From positions 270,882 to 334,881 of the forward strand of contig NW_026782491.1 in assembly GCF_031769215.1 (NCBI RefSeq): a DNA stretch of 64,000 nucleotides, given 5' to 3'. The position numbers and the translations under genes are program-made. Positions 1-13,480 of this stretch are shown here, in pieces. The notes beneath the pieces were generated by a model. It worked only from the letters and a program-made list of their open reading frames with translations, made no database searches and was not told the DNA's origin. The first letter of the stretch is position 1, and each line of letters starts with the position of its first letter. This DNA comes from Ylistrum balloti. Taxonomy: Eukaryota.

Positions 1-2291
1 GCCGGGCGCCCAAGTTGTTCACTTTATTACCCCGGACCCTTCACTAAAGTACAAACTGAGAAAATATTAGAATTCTATGCAAGGCAAGAGACAGGTAGAC
101 CCCATATTTCAAGTTTTAAAAGATCTTCACATCTGATTGTATAGAAAATTTTCACAAAAACCACTTTGTAAAATTTTGTCAGTTTCATCTTTCAAAGTAC
201 ACCAATGAAAAGAATGGAGAACCTAACACAATGTAACTGATTGCATTGTCTATTATGTGAATGTATTCAAGTGTAAACCTGATTCGCGCACCGAAATCAA
301 CACGGTTGACAAATACTTAACACTCATAAATATCTCTACCATAGAATAACAGAATTGTATCTAAAACATATGATCTACATGTTTACATAGATACTGGGCT
401 TACCATGTTTTACAGTAAATATACTCACTTTTAATTGTATGGGCACAAACACAGGCTCCTGACATAATTTATTTCACTGCAAGTTGTCTGCTATAAAGCA
501 TGCAGTCAATGTACAAGAAAAACAAAAAGTATCCAGCGCCTATGGTGACAAGGATTTTGCGCGCGAGGCGTGAACAATCCCATCCACTGTTGTTGACTGT
601 TTACCAAAGGTTTCCGACCAGTAATGATGGAATTCACACTTAAGGAATTTTCACTCGTCATTCCAACTATGGAATTCTACGAATGGTTTTATCTAAGGAA
701 TCACTTAAGGTTTGATAAAAAATATTAGAAGGAGGAAACACTTCACCACTGAGAGTAAAAACGCTTCATGTTCTAAATATATTTGTTCTATGATAAGTTG
801 CATTTGCTCCAAAAATAACTCATTATTGCTCACGGATGTCATCTTACAGCTGTTTGTTCATCCTACAGTACATTAGTAGGAGGATTACTTACCTGTGAAT
901 GGTTTCATGCACGCTGTGTGCAATATCATACTTACCACTACAAGTAGCCGTGATCTCCCTTCCAGCAATATCACGCTTTGTATATAAACATTTGTCAAAT
1001 CAACTTCAGGACTTTAAGTTAGTGTCAAATCGACCTATTATACACAAGCTTATTCAAGCCTGTCGCCAGATCCACGTTCACAACGAAGTCACTGACTAAA
1101 TGACATCTACTAGTCCTTCACAAACCGTATTTATTATATGTTACGCTTGGCGTGCACACTGTTCGGAGCCTCAGCAAAGTTCATGTCATAGCCGAACACT
1201 GTAATGATGCACACACAACGACGTCCATACCCCTCGGTAGCCTAAATAACGTCTTACACAAAGTTTTAGCTATCTATATCACAAGTTTACTGCCGCCTAC
1301 CTATATAGCACTAGTTTGATTCCAGTGCAAAACTCATAGATAAAGCAATAAGTAGAATTCTGTCGCGAAATGAACTTAAATACCGTAGCTTTTAAAATTA
1401 TAAATAATTTTCTATATATCTATACGGAAATGGCATTATAGAAATCATCAAGATGAAAGAGTGATTTAAAATACACCCAGAGCAAATCACATCTCAGATG
1501 TTGCAGATGACTCGGTGCATGGCCATTACAACGTCATTGGCATAGAAATGGCGTCGGCTCATCGTCAAAAGAACCATACTTCTGTATAATTCAAGGTGTA
1601 GTTGGCATAAGACAGCAGCATGTGTAGGCAATATAAATATAAGTACAGTATATAGTCTTTATGTTCGTTATAAAAACACAGGTATGTAATTTATAGTATC
1701 ATAAATGCCATATCACGACCGTTAAACTTTAAAATTATTTCATGTCAAACAATTTTATGTTTTACATTCATATTATAAAAATCGTAACCGGTTTTCTAGA
1801 ATGATACACTGTTCTTGGCCTCTGTATTTACACGTCATTTGGTAGTATCGGGGCGATCTTTAAGATTTTGGTACCTTTCACGTGTCAAGTATGATGGTTA
1901 AAACCCCTTTAACTCTTTGACATCAGCCATTAACTACACAAACTTCTTGGGGGTTAAAAATCAGTATACAGAACCTCTGCTGGTTTTCGAAAAAGAGAAG
2001 GCTAATTGCTAGCCGCCACTGAGTATAGGTTTATAATAGGGAAATATAGAGTTAGACTAGAGTAGGAATAGGCGTTTCTGTGACTGTCCAAAATTTCCCT
2101 GTTTTTTGTTTTGTTTTGTTTTTTTTCATAGACGTTAGGGTATAGAAATAGTCAGATCTGTCCTCCCCACATTAGACCTGTTTGATGATTACTAAAAAGC
2201 GAAATTGCACACCTTAATGCCTCGGCCCTACCAGCCCCCTCCCCCTTAGTATCCTAGGCTCGGTTATAACCGGAACAAGGACGTTAAGCTC

Positions 2292-2313
2292 AAAAAAAAA
2301 AAAAAAAAAAAAA
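2292..2313. repeat. poly(A) homopolymer of ~22 A, preceded by a (GTTTT)n microsatellite at ~2101-2125
   Basis: Direct reading of the sequence. It may be the 3' tail of an eroded retroposed element, since a C-rich and complex stretch sits upstream. Confidence 0.6.
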
Positions 2314-2751
2314 GAATTGGATATTGTCGATCGAGTATACTAGCAATCAACAGAACAAGAATTGCTTAACTTTAGGAAAACCTGTACCATTTGAAAATTG
2401 TTAGTGTAGCCACTCATCTCGATTCTTAGTTCTTTTCCATTGTTTAATACTCTTTGAAGTGACTTTTGGATTTTAGAGCATTTATCTTGTGATTTTGAGA
2501 CAAACTATTTTTCACAAGGTCATTGACGGACCTTGGTGTTACAATCATGAGATCTGGAACAAGATAAATTGGTCTTTTCATCATTGCTGTTTCTGAGAAA
2601 CGAGATGAAAACGTCACAAGTTAAAATCCGTAATGCGAAAATGCAGTTGAATATCAAAATGTGGCATGCACAACATGTTCTTGGAATTTCAAGATTATCT
2701 TTTCTGAAGTTCTTTAGAGTTCGAAAGAAGGCCTCAAAAGTCAAAACCCAT

Positions 2752-4130
2752 TTTCTACATAGCTCCCATTCCGTACAGGACATAGCTCCAATTTCGAACA
2801 GGACATAGCTCCAATTTCGAACAGGACATAGTTCCCATTTCGAACAGGACATAGTTCCCATTCCGTACAGAACATAGCTCCCATTCCGTACAGTACATAG
2901 TTCCCATTCCGTACAGAACATAGCTCCCATTCCGTACAGTACATAGTTCCCATTCCGTACAGAACATAGCTCCCATTCCGTACAGTACATAGTTCCCATT
3001 CCGTACAGAACATAGCTCCCATTCCGTACAGTACATAGTTCCCATTCCGTACAGAACATAGCTCCCATTCCGTACAGTACATAATTCCCATTCCGTACAG
3101 AACATAGCTCCTATTCCGTACAGTACATAGTTCCCATTCCGCACAGAACATAGTTCCCATTCCTTACGGTGCATAGTTCCCATTCCGTATAGTACATAGC
3201 TCCCATTCCGTACAGAACATAGCTCCTATTCCGTACAGTACATAGTTCCCATTCCGCACAGAACATAGTTCCCATTCCTTACGGTGCATAGTTCCCACTC
3301 CGTACAGTACATAGTTCCCATTCCGTACAGTACATAGTTCCCATTCCGTACAGAACATAGCTCCCATTCCGTACAGTACATAGTTCCCATTCCGTACAGA
3401 ACATAGCTCCCATTCCGTACAGTACATAGTTCCCATTCCGTACAGAACATAGCTCCCATTCCGTACAGTACATAATTCCCATTCCGTACAGAACATAGCT
3501 CCTATTCCGTACAGTACATAGTTCCCATTCCGCACAGAACATAGTTCCCATTCCTTACGGTGCATAGTTCCCATTCCGTATAGTACATAGCTCCCATTCC
3601 GTACAGAACATAGCTCCCGTTCCGTTCAGAACATAGCTCCCATTCCGTACAGTACATAGCTCCCATTCCGTATAGTACATAGCTCCCATTCCTTACAGTA
3701 CATAACTCCCATTCCGTACAGAACATAGCTCCATTCCGTACAGAACATAGCTCCCATTCCGTACAGAACATAGCTCCCATTCCGTACAGCATATAGTTCC
3801 AATTCCGCACAGTACAGAACTCCGTTTCCGTATAGTACATAACTCCCATTCCGGACAGGACATAGCTCCCATTCCATAGAGTACATAACTCCCTTTCCGT
3901 ACAGGATATGGTTCCCATTCCGAACAGGACATAGCTCCCATTCCATAGAGTACATAGCTCCCATTCCATACAGTACATAGCTCCCATTCCGAACAGGACA
4001 TAGCTCCCATTCCATAGAGTACATAACTCCCCTTCCGTACAGGATATGGTTCCCATTCCGAACAGTACATAGCTACCATATAGTACAGTACATAGTTCCC
4101 ATTCCGTACAGTATATAGCTCCCATTCTGT
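2752..4130. repeat. Tandem satellite, 23-bp unit, subfamily A (…CCATTCCGTACAG[A/T]ACATAG[C/T]TC…), ~60 copies. Units alternate GAACATAGCTCCC and GTACATAGTTCCC, giving a 46-bp higher-order dimer.
   Basis: The period was measured from coordinates: the CCATTCC motif recurs at 2881, 2904 and 2927, a spacing of 23 bp. The alternation of unit variants is regular across hundreds of bp. The long minus-strand ORFs predicted here are stop-free repeat artefacts. Confidence 0.9.
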
Positions 4131-6510
4131 ACGGGACTTAGTTTCCATTCTGTACAGGACATAGTTTCCATTCTGTACGGGACTTAGTTCCCATTCTGTA
4201 CAGGACATTGTTCCCATTCTGTACAGGACGTAGTTCCCATTCTGTACAGGACGTAGTTTCCATTCTGTACAGGACATAGTTCCCATTCTGTACAGGACAT
4301 AGTTCCCATTCTGTACAGGACATTGTTCCCATTCTGTACAGGACATAGTTCCCATGCTGTACAGGACGTAGTTCCCATTCTGTACAGGACGTAGTTTCCA
4401 TTCTGTACTGGACGTAGTTTCCATTCTGTACGGAACTTAGTTTCCATTCTGTACAGGACATAGTTCCCATGCCGTACAGAGTGTAGTTTCCATTCTGTAC
4501 AGGACGTAGTTTCCATTCTGTACAGGACATAGTTTCCATTCTGTACAGGACATAGTTCCCATTCTTTAGCGGACATAGTTCCCATTCTGTACAGGACATA
4601 GTTCCCATTCTGTACAGGACGTAGTTCCCATTTTGTACAGGACATAGTTCCCATTCTGTACAGGACGTAGTTTCCATTCTGTACTGGACCTAGTTTCCAT
4701 TCTGTACAGGACATAGTTCCCATGCTGTACAGGGTGTAGTTCCCATTAATTCTCTACAGGACATAGTTTCCATTCTGTACAGGACCTAGTTTCCATTCTG
4801 TACGGGACGTAGTTCCCATTCTGTACAGGATGTAGTTTCCATTCTGTACAGGACCATTCTGTACAGGGTGTAGTTCCCATTCTGTACAGGACGTAGTTCC
4901 CATTCTGTACAGGACATAGTTCCCAATTCTGTACAGGACGTAGTTCCCATTCTGTACAGGATAATTCTGTACAGGACATAGTTCCCAATTTGTACAGGAC
5001 ATAGTTCCCATTCTGTACAGGATCATTCTGTACAGGACGTAGTTCCCATTCTGTACAGGATAATTCTGTACGGGACGTAGTTCCCATTCTGTACAGGACA
5101 TAGTTTCCATTCTGTACAGGGCGTAGTTCCCATTCTGTACAGGAAGTAGTTTCCATTCTGTACAGGACGTAGTTCCCATTCTGTACAGGACATAGTTTCC
5201 ATTCTGTACAGGACATAGTTCCCATTCTTTAGCGGACATAGTTCCCATTCTGTACAGGACATAGTTCCCATTCTGTACAGGACGTAGTTTCCATTCTGTA
5301 CTGGACCTAGTTTCCATTCTGTACAGGACATAGTTCCCATGCTGTACAGGTTGTAGTTCCCATTGTGTACAGGACGTAGTTTCCATTCTCTACAGGACGT
5401 AGTTTCCATTCTGTACAGGACCTAGTTTCCATTCTGTACGGGACGTAGTTCCCATTCTGTACAGGATGTAGTTTCCATTCTGTACAGGACCATTCTGTAC
5501 AGGGTGTAGTTCCCATTCTGTACAGGACATAGTTCCCAATTCTGTACAGGACGTAGTTCCCATTCTGTACAGGATAATTCTGTACAGGACATAGTTCCCA
5601 ATCTGTACAGGACATAGTTCCCATTCTGTACAGGATCATTCTGTACAGGACGTAGTTCCCATTCTGTACAGGACGTAGATCCCATTCTGTACAGGACATA
5701 GTTCCCAATTCTGTACAGGACGTAGTTCCCATTCTGTACAGGATAATTCTGTACAGGACATAGTTCCCAATCTGTACAGGACATAGTTCCCATTCTGTAC
5801 AGGACATACAGGACTTAGTTCCCATTCTGTACAGGACGTAGTTCCCATTCTGTACAGGACATTGCTCCCATTCTGTACAAGGTGTAGTTCCCATTCTGTA
5901 CAGGATAATTCTGTACAGGACATAGTTCCCAATCTGTACAGGACATAGTTCCCATTCTGTACAGGATCATTCTGTACAGGACGTAGTTCCCATTCTGTAC
6001 AGGATAATTCTGTACGAGACGTAGTTCCCATTCTGTACAGGACATAGTTTCCATTCTGTACAGGGCGTAGTTCCCATTCTGTACAGGATAATTCTGTACA
6101 GGACATAGTTCCCATTCTGTACAGGACGTAGTTCCCATTCTGTACAGGACATAGTTCCCATTCTCTACAGGATCATTTTGTACAGGACGTAGTTCCCATT
6201 CTGTACAGGATGTAGTTTCCATTCTGTACAGGACCATTCTGTACAGGGTGTAGTTCCCATTCTGTACAGGACGTAGTTCCCATTCTGTACAGGACATAGT
6301 TCCCAATTCTGTACAGGACGTAGTTCCCATTCTGTACAGGATAATTCTGTACAGGACATAGTTCCCATTCTGTACAGGGTGTAGTTTCCATTCTGTACAG
6401 GAGGTAGTTTCCATTCTGTACAGGACCATTCTGTACAGGACCTAGTTTCCATTCTGTACGGGACGCAGTTCCCTTTCTGTACAGGACATAGTTTCCATTC
6501 TGTACTCTGT
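4130..6510. repeat. Tandem satellite, 23-bp unit, subfamily B (…CCATTCTGTACAGGAC[A/G]TAGTT[C/T]…), ~100 copies, with interspersed truncated units (CAGGATAATTCTGTACAGG / CAGGACCATTCTGTACAGG)
   Basis: The period and backbone are the same as subfamily A, but the unit has a diagnostic CCG>CTG change plus GGAC. The switch between subfamilies at ~4130 is sharp. 8-15-bp truncated units recur at regular positions, which indicates a higher-order repeat. Confidence 0.9.
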
Positions 6511-9500
6511 TCAGGACATTGTGTAGTTTAAGGAACAGGAGCCTAGATCAACCCATTGTTTTATCATAGTGGGCTAAACACATAACAAAAACAATAATTT
6601 TAGTGAATACATTTTAATATGGACACCAATAATTAAGGATATATGTCTCCCACATACATACTGATGATGTCACTAACACACACATTAACTCTCTAATACT
6701 TCACTGATCAGTGAGGGATCCTTCTCACCCTAACATATGTATCCCCGACTCTCATATTTTCCTCATCAATGGCAAGTTTTTATGATGATGTATATTTTGT
6801 TTTCTTTCTTTTCGATTCATTGGCAGTGGTCCCGTGGACTGCCCTGTAATAAAGCTGCTTGTTAAATGATCAACTGTTCAATTTATGGACCAAACAGCAG
6901 CAAGAGAAGACCATGGAAACAAACCGAAATACAATTTACATATATTGGTTTTATACCGTATTTAACAACATCAGTCTTATGATGTATCTGCTTTTTTTAT
7001 TGGCTGTTTAAAATTTTTGCAATTTAACCACTCATTTGAGTCATAGACGATACAGTCACAAAATTTCTCGAAGGTAAAGTAATCAAATTTCATGTAGATT
7101 TTGTTTTTGTTCAATTTGCCATTACTCTTAAATCCATGAATTTAAATATCCCTGAAATGATAAACTGATAAAAATTGACATGGATTTTATTAGTACTGGA
7201 TTTCACTGGCATAATTTATCCAAGAAAGAAAATGCCAACGAAATTGCAAATGGTGTAAAACACCAAAGGAAATATATTATTTTTTTATGTTGAATGCCAT
7301 CCTTAAAAAACTGCATGAAATAACAGAACGCCATTAAAATAACAACCTTTACATTAATTGTGTGTTCTCATTATATTCATAATGAGTACAAAGCTGTATG
7401 AGGGTAATTATATATGGCAACATCTGTTTCTTATGTTGATTTGACTGACCACCTTTGCTACAAAAGCAAAGATGACATATACGTATCTATTTACACATAT
7501 GTCACTGTATACTTACACTTTGTATTAAATACAGCACTACTTCTAAGAAGCAAAATGATAATAACATTAACAATAAGGAACAAAAACGTACACAAAAAGA
7601 AATAAAATGGATTAATGAAGTCAAACTGCGCACAAAAATATTATGTCCCATGCTGTTAATTTGTCTCAAATTCTTTAAATTTTCAGCAGTCAAATCTAAG
7701 TCTTAGTTCAGATAACATATCATTATCCCATGAACAATTTGAATTGGTCATTGTAATCAGGAAGAAAAAGCCTTTTGAAGTGAAAAGAAATTAAAAAATA
7801 ATTTCTCATTAAGTGTACTTGTTTATGTATATTTCCTAAAATTCTTATTTATCCTATCCAAAGTTACAGAATTTGGCCATTTATTCTGAGCCATAGGCAT
7901 TGAGAGTAAGAAAATCTATTCCTTTTCAGAGATTGGAAGTAATGGTGAATGGTATGTGCTTAACAACAAGAAATTGCTAGGTTGTATAGCACCAAAGAGT
8001 TATCTCCCTTCCTCTTCAAGATCATTAGGACGGAAAATATATTAGAAAGCTTGAACATGAAGTCTATCAAACATCTGAGGCTTTTCAACTTATAAAGACT
8101 TTAAGTATTACTATAAATGAAATATTTGAATTTTGAAATCAACATTCATTAGTTACAGTAATATCATTAAATGTCTCAATATAAATGTACAAATTATATC
8201 ACATACACACAAAAAAAAAAAAACAAAAACAAAAAATATGCAAAGAAAAATAATGGATTAAACAGAGAGGTTAAAAGAAAAAATCCATTTGAAACATTAT
8301 TTCACTTATCTATGTGAGTAAGGGTTTTGTTTATGGCACGAGATTACTGTGGAATATCATATCTGTGTAATGTTTGATCTACAGTGATATACATCTCCAT
8401 TAACTTCTTCATTTGATCATGTTTCACATGTTAAAAATAAAAAGTTTTTTATACAGAACATAAGTGAGTGTATACCACTTAACTTCCAATTCTATAGTTT
8501 AGCCTCTTAATTACACATATAAATATATTGGATCTCCATGAATTTCCATTCAATATGTGTGCCATATCCACATCCTTTGTCCTAGTGGCTGTCAGGCAAA
8601 TCGCCATACCATCATCCTGCAATTCTTTCTTTCTTCTTTCTATCCTTTTTTTCTTTTTCTTTTTGCAAATAAATAAAAAAAGCTCCTTTTTTCAAATCTG
8701 ATAATGCATATCACTTAAATTTCATGTGCGATTTATTTTCGCATAAATACGCAAGAATAGTCATTTATGAATTCAAATCCTTCACGGTTATTTGTACAGA
8801 AATAATTCTTAAAAGACATCCATGCAGATTTGGTTACTGATATCGAAGTCCATGTATCTAATAACCCATCATTCACGAATTTAAAGTGATTTCTAGATCT
8901 TCATTCGCGAAATCATATATTCATGAAAATGTCTGAAGAGGCAGAATTGTGAAATAAAGTATTAGGAAAATCTAAGTGATGTACAGTAGTTTGACCTTTT
9001 AACAACAGATCTCTGAGCTTTGTAAACCAAGTCTACGAACCGTTCTTTTAAAGATTTACCAGAGGTAGACTTAAAATTATTTGATATTTGACAAGTTTTT
9101 ACATAAATCTTGAAAGCAATGGAAACTGTACTTATGATTTGTTTTATCACATAAAATCATTTTTCTGTTGCAAACAGAGCAGAAAAAATAGTTTTTACGT
9201 CACTCCTGAAGTAACAATATCTGCTTTTTCTGTATTGACATAATATGATCTGTATGTGAGTGAACTTATTTACTAACATTTTGCAAAAGATCAGATATTA
9301 TCTGTAGCAAACGAAATATAGCATTGGTGTAGCCACTGAATAAAACAGTGGTAGTGTAATAAATAACTGATTTATCCAAATCAAGCAATAGCAGAGAAGG
9401 ATATATACATTTGTATGGTTTAAGCAAAATCAAGCACTTGAAATTAAAGTAAGTTTAAAGATAACCCCATCAAGAAAAAAAACCAAAAAATACACAAAAT

Positions 9501-11351
9501 GAAAAAATCACACAATTTGAATCAGAAATGGTTTTCAATAAATACTGACATGAAAAAAAATATACACAAAATAACTAAATTATGATTGAACTACTTGTAC
9601 ATGCAGTTATATAACACACGAGAACTTACAGGGAGACACATTGACTATATCACATCACAACACTGCTATATACAGTTCATATACTGTCAAGTTAATTTTT
9701 TCAATTGTTCAAAGTTCCAAAATTTTACAAAATGTTTGAAGCAAAAAGCATGAATTTTTCACAGAAAGTCATGGAGACAGCATTTTCTTCCAGCTTGTTA
9801 ATTAAACTTAATACAACTTTTTGCATGTTTGAATCTCATACCCACAGCTAAAAATAGAAATCCTTGATAATACCTAACAACCTTTAAAGTATATGGTTCA
9901 CACAGGTTAAACAATTACTATTCTTTTCCTTATTGTTAAGTATGAAGAGGCACCATTTTTAGCTGATCCTAAAAAGAAATTTTCAATGGGCCGTTTTGAA
10001 AATTTACATGACACCAACTGAATACTGACAAAAACAGAAATGAATAAAGAAAAAAAAAACATGTCTTGTAGAGAACCTAGTTTCTCAGAGCAAACATACC
10101 AAATAATTTTCAAAAGCAACTTATCAAGCCTGATCCTAACTACATCTTTAGAGGTCATGGTTAGATGACAAAATGCCATTTCAAGAAGTAAGCTGGCATT
10201 CAGTGATCCTCAGAAACGAGCTAAACCATGGCCTGAGGTAGTGAATTATTATCTCATATTTTATGTTATAATGACCTTCAGAAAAATAATTAAAATTGTT
10301 TTTTCCTCTACACAAACTTTTGCTTTCATTTACTTATCATACTTTTTGACTATTTGATGGTTTGTTTAAATGATTTTTTACTTTTTATGGTATCTTTCAG
10401 TGACAGACAAAGTACATGTAGGTACTTTTTCCTGGTGTTATTTGTACTTGCCTGAGAAGGAAATGGTAATATAAAGTGATTACAATATTTAATAGATAGC
10501 TCAAGATTTTTTTGGGTGAATAACTTTGACTTAATCCTTCTTGTATGTGAGAAAACATAAGAAAGGAAGTTTAGGGAAGCAGCACCTATAGAAATGGGAA
10601 GCAGCACCTATAGAAAAGCTAACTGGTTTACTACTTTATCATTGAACCAAGGCATAAAAATGAATTTGCACAAGAATTACAAGGAAGATTCCCAATTCTT
10701 AATGGTTTTGGCTGTATATGTAATATTTACAGGTGATATTATTGGGAGCTCATGGCACTTTATATGGTGTATAATAAATGTATGTCCATACAAATAAATG
10801 GTGTTACAGGAAAACATGATATTAACCAGAATGTGATATTAAACAGTGAGATATGGGATCTGATGAATAACTTTGAGGTATACAATACTATGGTTAAACC
10901 ATTTGAAACATGTCAACTATATAACATACAACAAATAATAATAATCATTGTGTCCAACATGATAGTACACAATGATGTGATCACGAAAGAAGACAATGAT
11001 TTTTTTCTTTTTCGATTTTTGTATGACATAATTATGGTATGTACATATAACCAGTTCTCAGAAAAAGAAAAAAAAATATGTAAGAACTTACATTTTGAGA
11101 CATCCTTATTATCAACGTTAGTCTACAACCATAACATGGTCTGTAACTGAAATTCAAATAATCAATAATCAAACTTGTTCCCTTAGATGAGATTCTAATT
11201 GTAATTTGTTTTGCAAAATTTGTATATCAATCACTATGCCAATGTATTTCAATAACTATTAAAGATGAACATATATTTCAAATTCAAGAGTTTGGCAACA
11301 GTTGAAGGATTTCAAATACATGTAACATATTACATATGTCTGTCAATGTAT

Positions 11352-12154
11352 TTACATTTGCTGAAGACTATTGCCAAATCTGTGAATGAACTCAGTGAAC
11401 TGTTTCCTTGTAAGCATATCCATGTTCAAGGTTCGGACACCAAAGTTGGACAGAATAGTGTCAAGGTCGTCAAGACTGGAATGGAATGTGTCATGCAGCC
11501 TGACCTGTCCTGCCCCAAGACTAGTCACAAGAGGAGTCAGTGGATTGGAAAATGGTTTACCTATCCCTAATTTGTTTGGTGCCATCTGCCTAACAGCAGG
11601 AGGACATACAGTAGTCTTTGTAGCATCTTCTTCCAGACCCTCTGAGGAAGTTGATGAGTGAGACAGAGTAACTTTATGAGGTTTTAATGACTTTATATCC
11701 TTAACTACCCCACACTCCTTCATACCCTTCTCTTTGATTGGCAGTTCTTGGTTTTTATTCTTAGTGTCAAAAGAGTTATCTCCCCTTTCAGTTACCTCCC
11801 CTTTCACACCGACTCCACCCTTAGACTCTGTTGCTTGGTCATTATTCCACTTGATTATTCTCTGGACACATTCTTTGTCTGAAACTGTTTCCTTCTTACA
11901 AACATCCGGGTCAGATTTTAAATGTTTTCCTTTGTCAGTAATTTTCACATGAGCTGAATCCCCTAAAAAATCAAATACTGTGTCCTTGGTAAATTTCATA
12001 AGACACGCTGGGTGATTGGTGTGTTTATCATAACAATGGAGGTGTAGCTGGTGACGTAGCGGTGCAGCATAGAAGCAGTATACACAGCTGAAGCCTACTT
12101 TCAGTGCCTCCATTTTTCTTGGATGTAATGTATATGATGTGGATGATTCTTCAC
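11352..12154 (-). CDS. Second, probably terminal, coding exon of the same zinc-finger gene. It begins after the acceptor tttttctctctctcag (AG at 12156-12155), in phase 1. It carries a further canonical C2H2 finger (FSCVYCFYAAPLRHQLHLHCYDKH). Stop codon at 11352-11354.
   Basis: The phase-1 end of the big exon (…CCA G) plus GT from this exon restores a Gly codon. The frame then continues as …GEESSTSYTLHPRKMEALKVGFSCVYCFY… This is exactly the 253-aa ORF-track frame 11352..12113. The finger motif is C-X2-C-X12-H-X4-H. The polypyrimidine/AG acceptor was seen directly. I found no further in-frame donor before the stop, but I cannot exclude additional 3' exons. Confidence 0.65.
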
Positions 12155-13480
12155 CTGAGAGAGAGAAAAATACTCATTTCATAAATAAAATTGATTATTG
12201 TTATCTTTAGGCTTATTTTTACTTAGATTTAAACTTCAGGTGATGAAACAAATCAATATTCCATTCAAAACCTTCCCCCACTCTTAAAACTTTTTTTAGT
12301 TAAAGCAGAATTTATATGTGATATATACATATGCTTCCTTGAGAGGCAGAGTAGGAAACACGTCTTATGAAATATTGTCAAAATATCAAAATATGACAAC
12401 TGAGATACAAAGTCTAATTAATGTGAATACTCAGTTCTAACTAATGTGCACAGCATACTCAAGATGAAGACACATGTGAAAAACCACATTTCAGTGAAAC
12501 AGAAAAAGAACTTGCTCTAAAATATGTCACCAATGAATCCTGAGTTTAAGATATAGGTCACAAAAAATTCAAATCCCCAAAAAACTTTCTGTATTTTATA
12601 TATCACAGCTGGATCAGACAAGTTAGAATAAGAAAACTTTATATGTTACAGTTTATATTTCATTACCTTGTTTGTTTATGCAAATCTGTACATAAACATT
12701 TGAACTGTCTGTTACAATTTTTTGAAAATAATTAATTTTTCATGCGAGAATTGGAAATACTTTGCCTCTTTAAAGTAAAAAAGGAGGGTTGACCATCGCA
12801 CAAGAGGGGGCTTTCTTTAAAATGTTAAAAGTGCATAACAAAATATTCATTTGGTAGCAAAAATTACATTGAAAATTAATACATCCCTCCAAAAATTATT
12901 TTCTATGCTGAAAACATGCTTTCAATTTAAATGAAAAATTAAGTAAATGAATAAACTAAAAATACACATAATTTTAAAACTGTTGCACTGAATAATTTCT
13001 ATCTTTTAAACACCCATACTCACAACCGATATCAAAATAAAAGGTTATGGAATGAAATGCAAGTAAACTTTTTTGACGGTTTCACAAAATTTCCAAACAT
13101 TTCTATGGAAAAATGAAAAGGGTGACAGAAAATAACATGTTTATCCTCACAATCAGGCTCCAAAAAGGCCATACTCCAAATAAAATCATATGAAACTGAA
13201 TTCTTACACAATGATATATTGTGATTGTACTTTTAGATTGATCACATTCATCAATATTTACAAATTTACTCAACATTTTTCAACCATTATGGAGATAGAT
13301 GGTATATGTAAACAGCAGCTAAATTTGACATTCATCCAGGTTTTTTTCACTCTTGCATTAAACTGTTTTCATCCAAATAGAAAAATTGAAATGCAAGTAA
13401 ATATTCTCCTGTACAATGTCATAACATAGCCTACACTCACAGTCAGCTAGTGAGGAAAATTACCACACCTAGTCACTTAC

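Noticed and set aside
899-1099. 66-aa plus-strand ORF, and other small ORFs across 6500-11200, 18000-30500, 36600-47400 and 59200-62200
   Set aside because: They are AT-rich, have no splice context, no conserved motifs and random-like composition. They are typical noise ORFs in noncoding DNA.
2520-6452. Dozens of 60-240-aa minus-strand ORFs (MGTMSCTEWELCPVQNGNYVLYR… and similar)
   Set aside because: They lie entirely within the 23-bp satellite. They exist only because the repeat unit lacks stop codons in those frames. Their periodic peptide sequence simply mirrors the repeat.
2752-6510. Possible CRISPR array (regular short direct repeats)
   Set aside because: The units are contiguous, with no unique spacers between them. 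The sequence context is eukaryotic: spliced genes, MVP, satellites. There are no cas genes.
11265-11952. Plus-strand ORFs of 72-101 aa
   Set aside because: They are antisense shadows of the zinc-finger gene's terminal coding exon.
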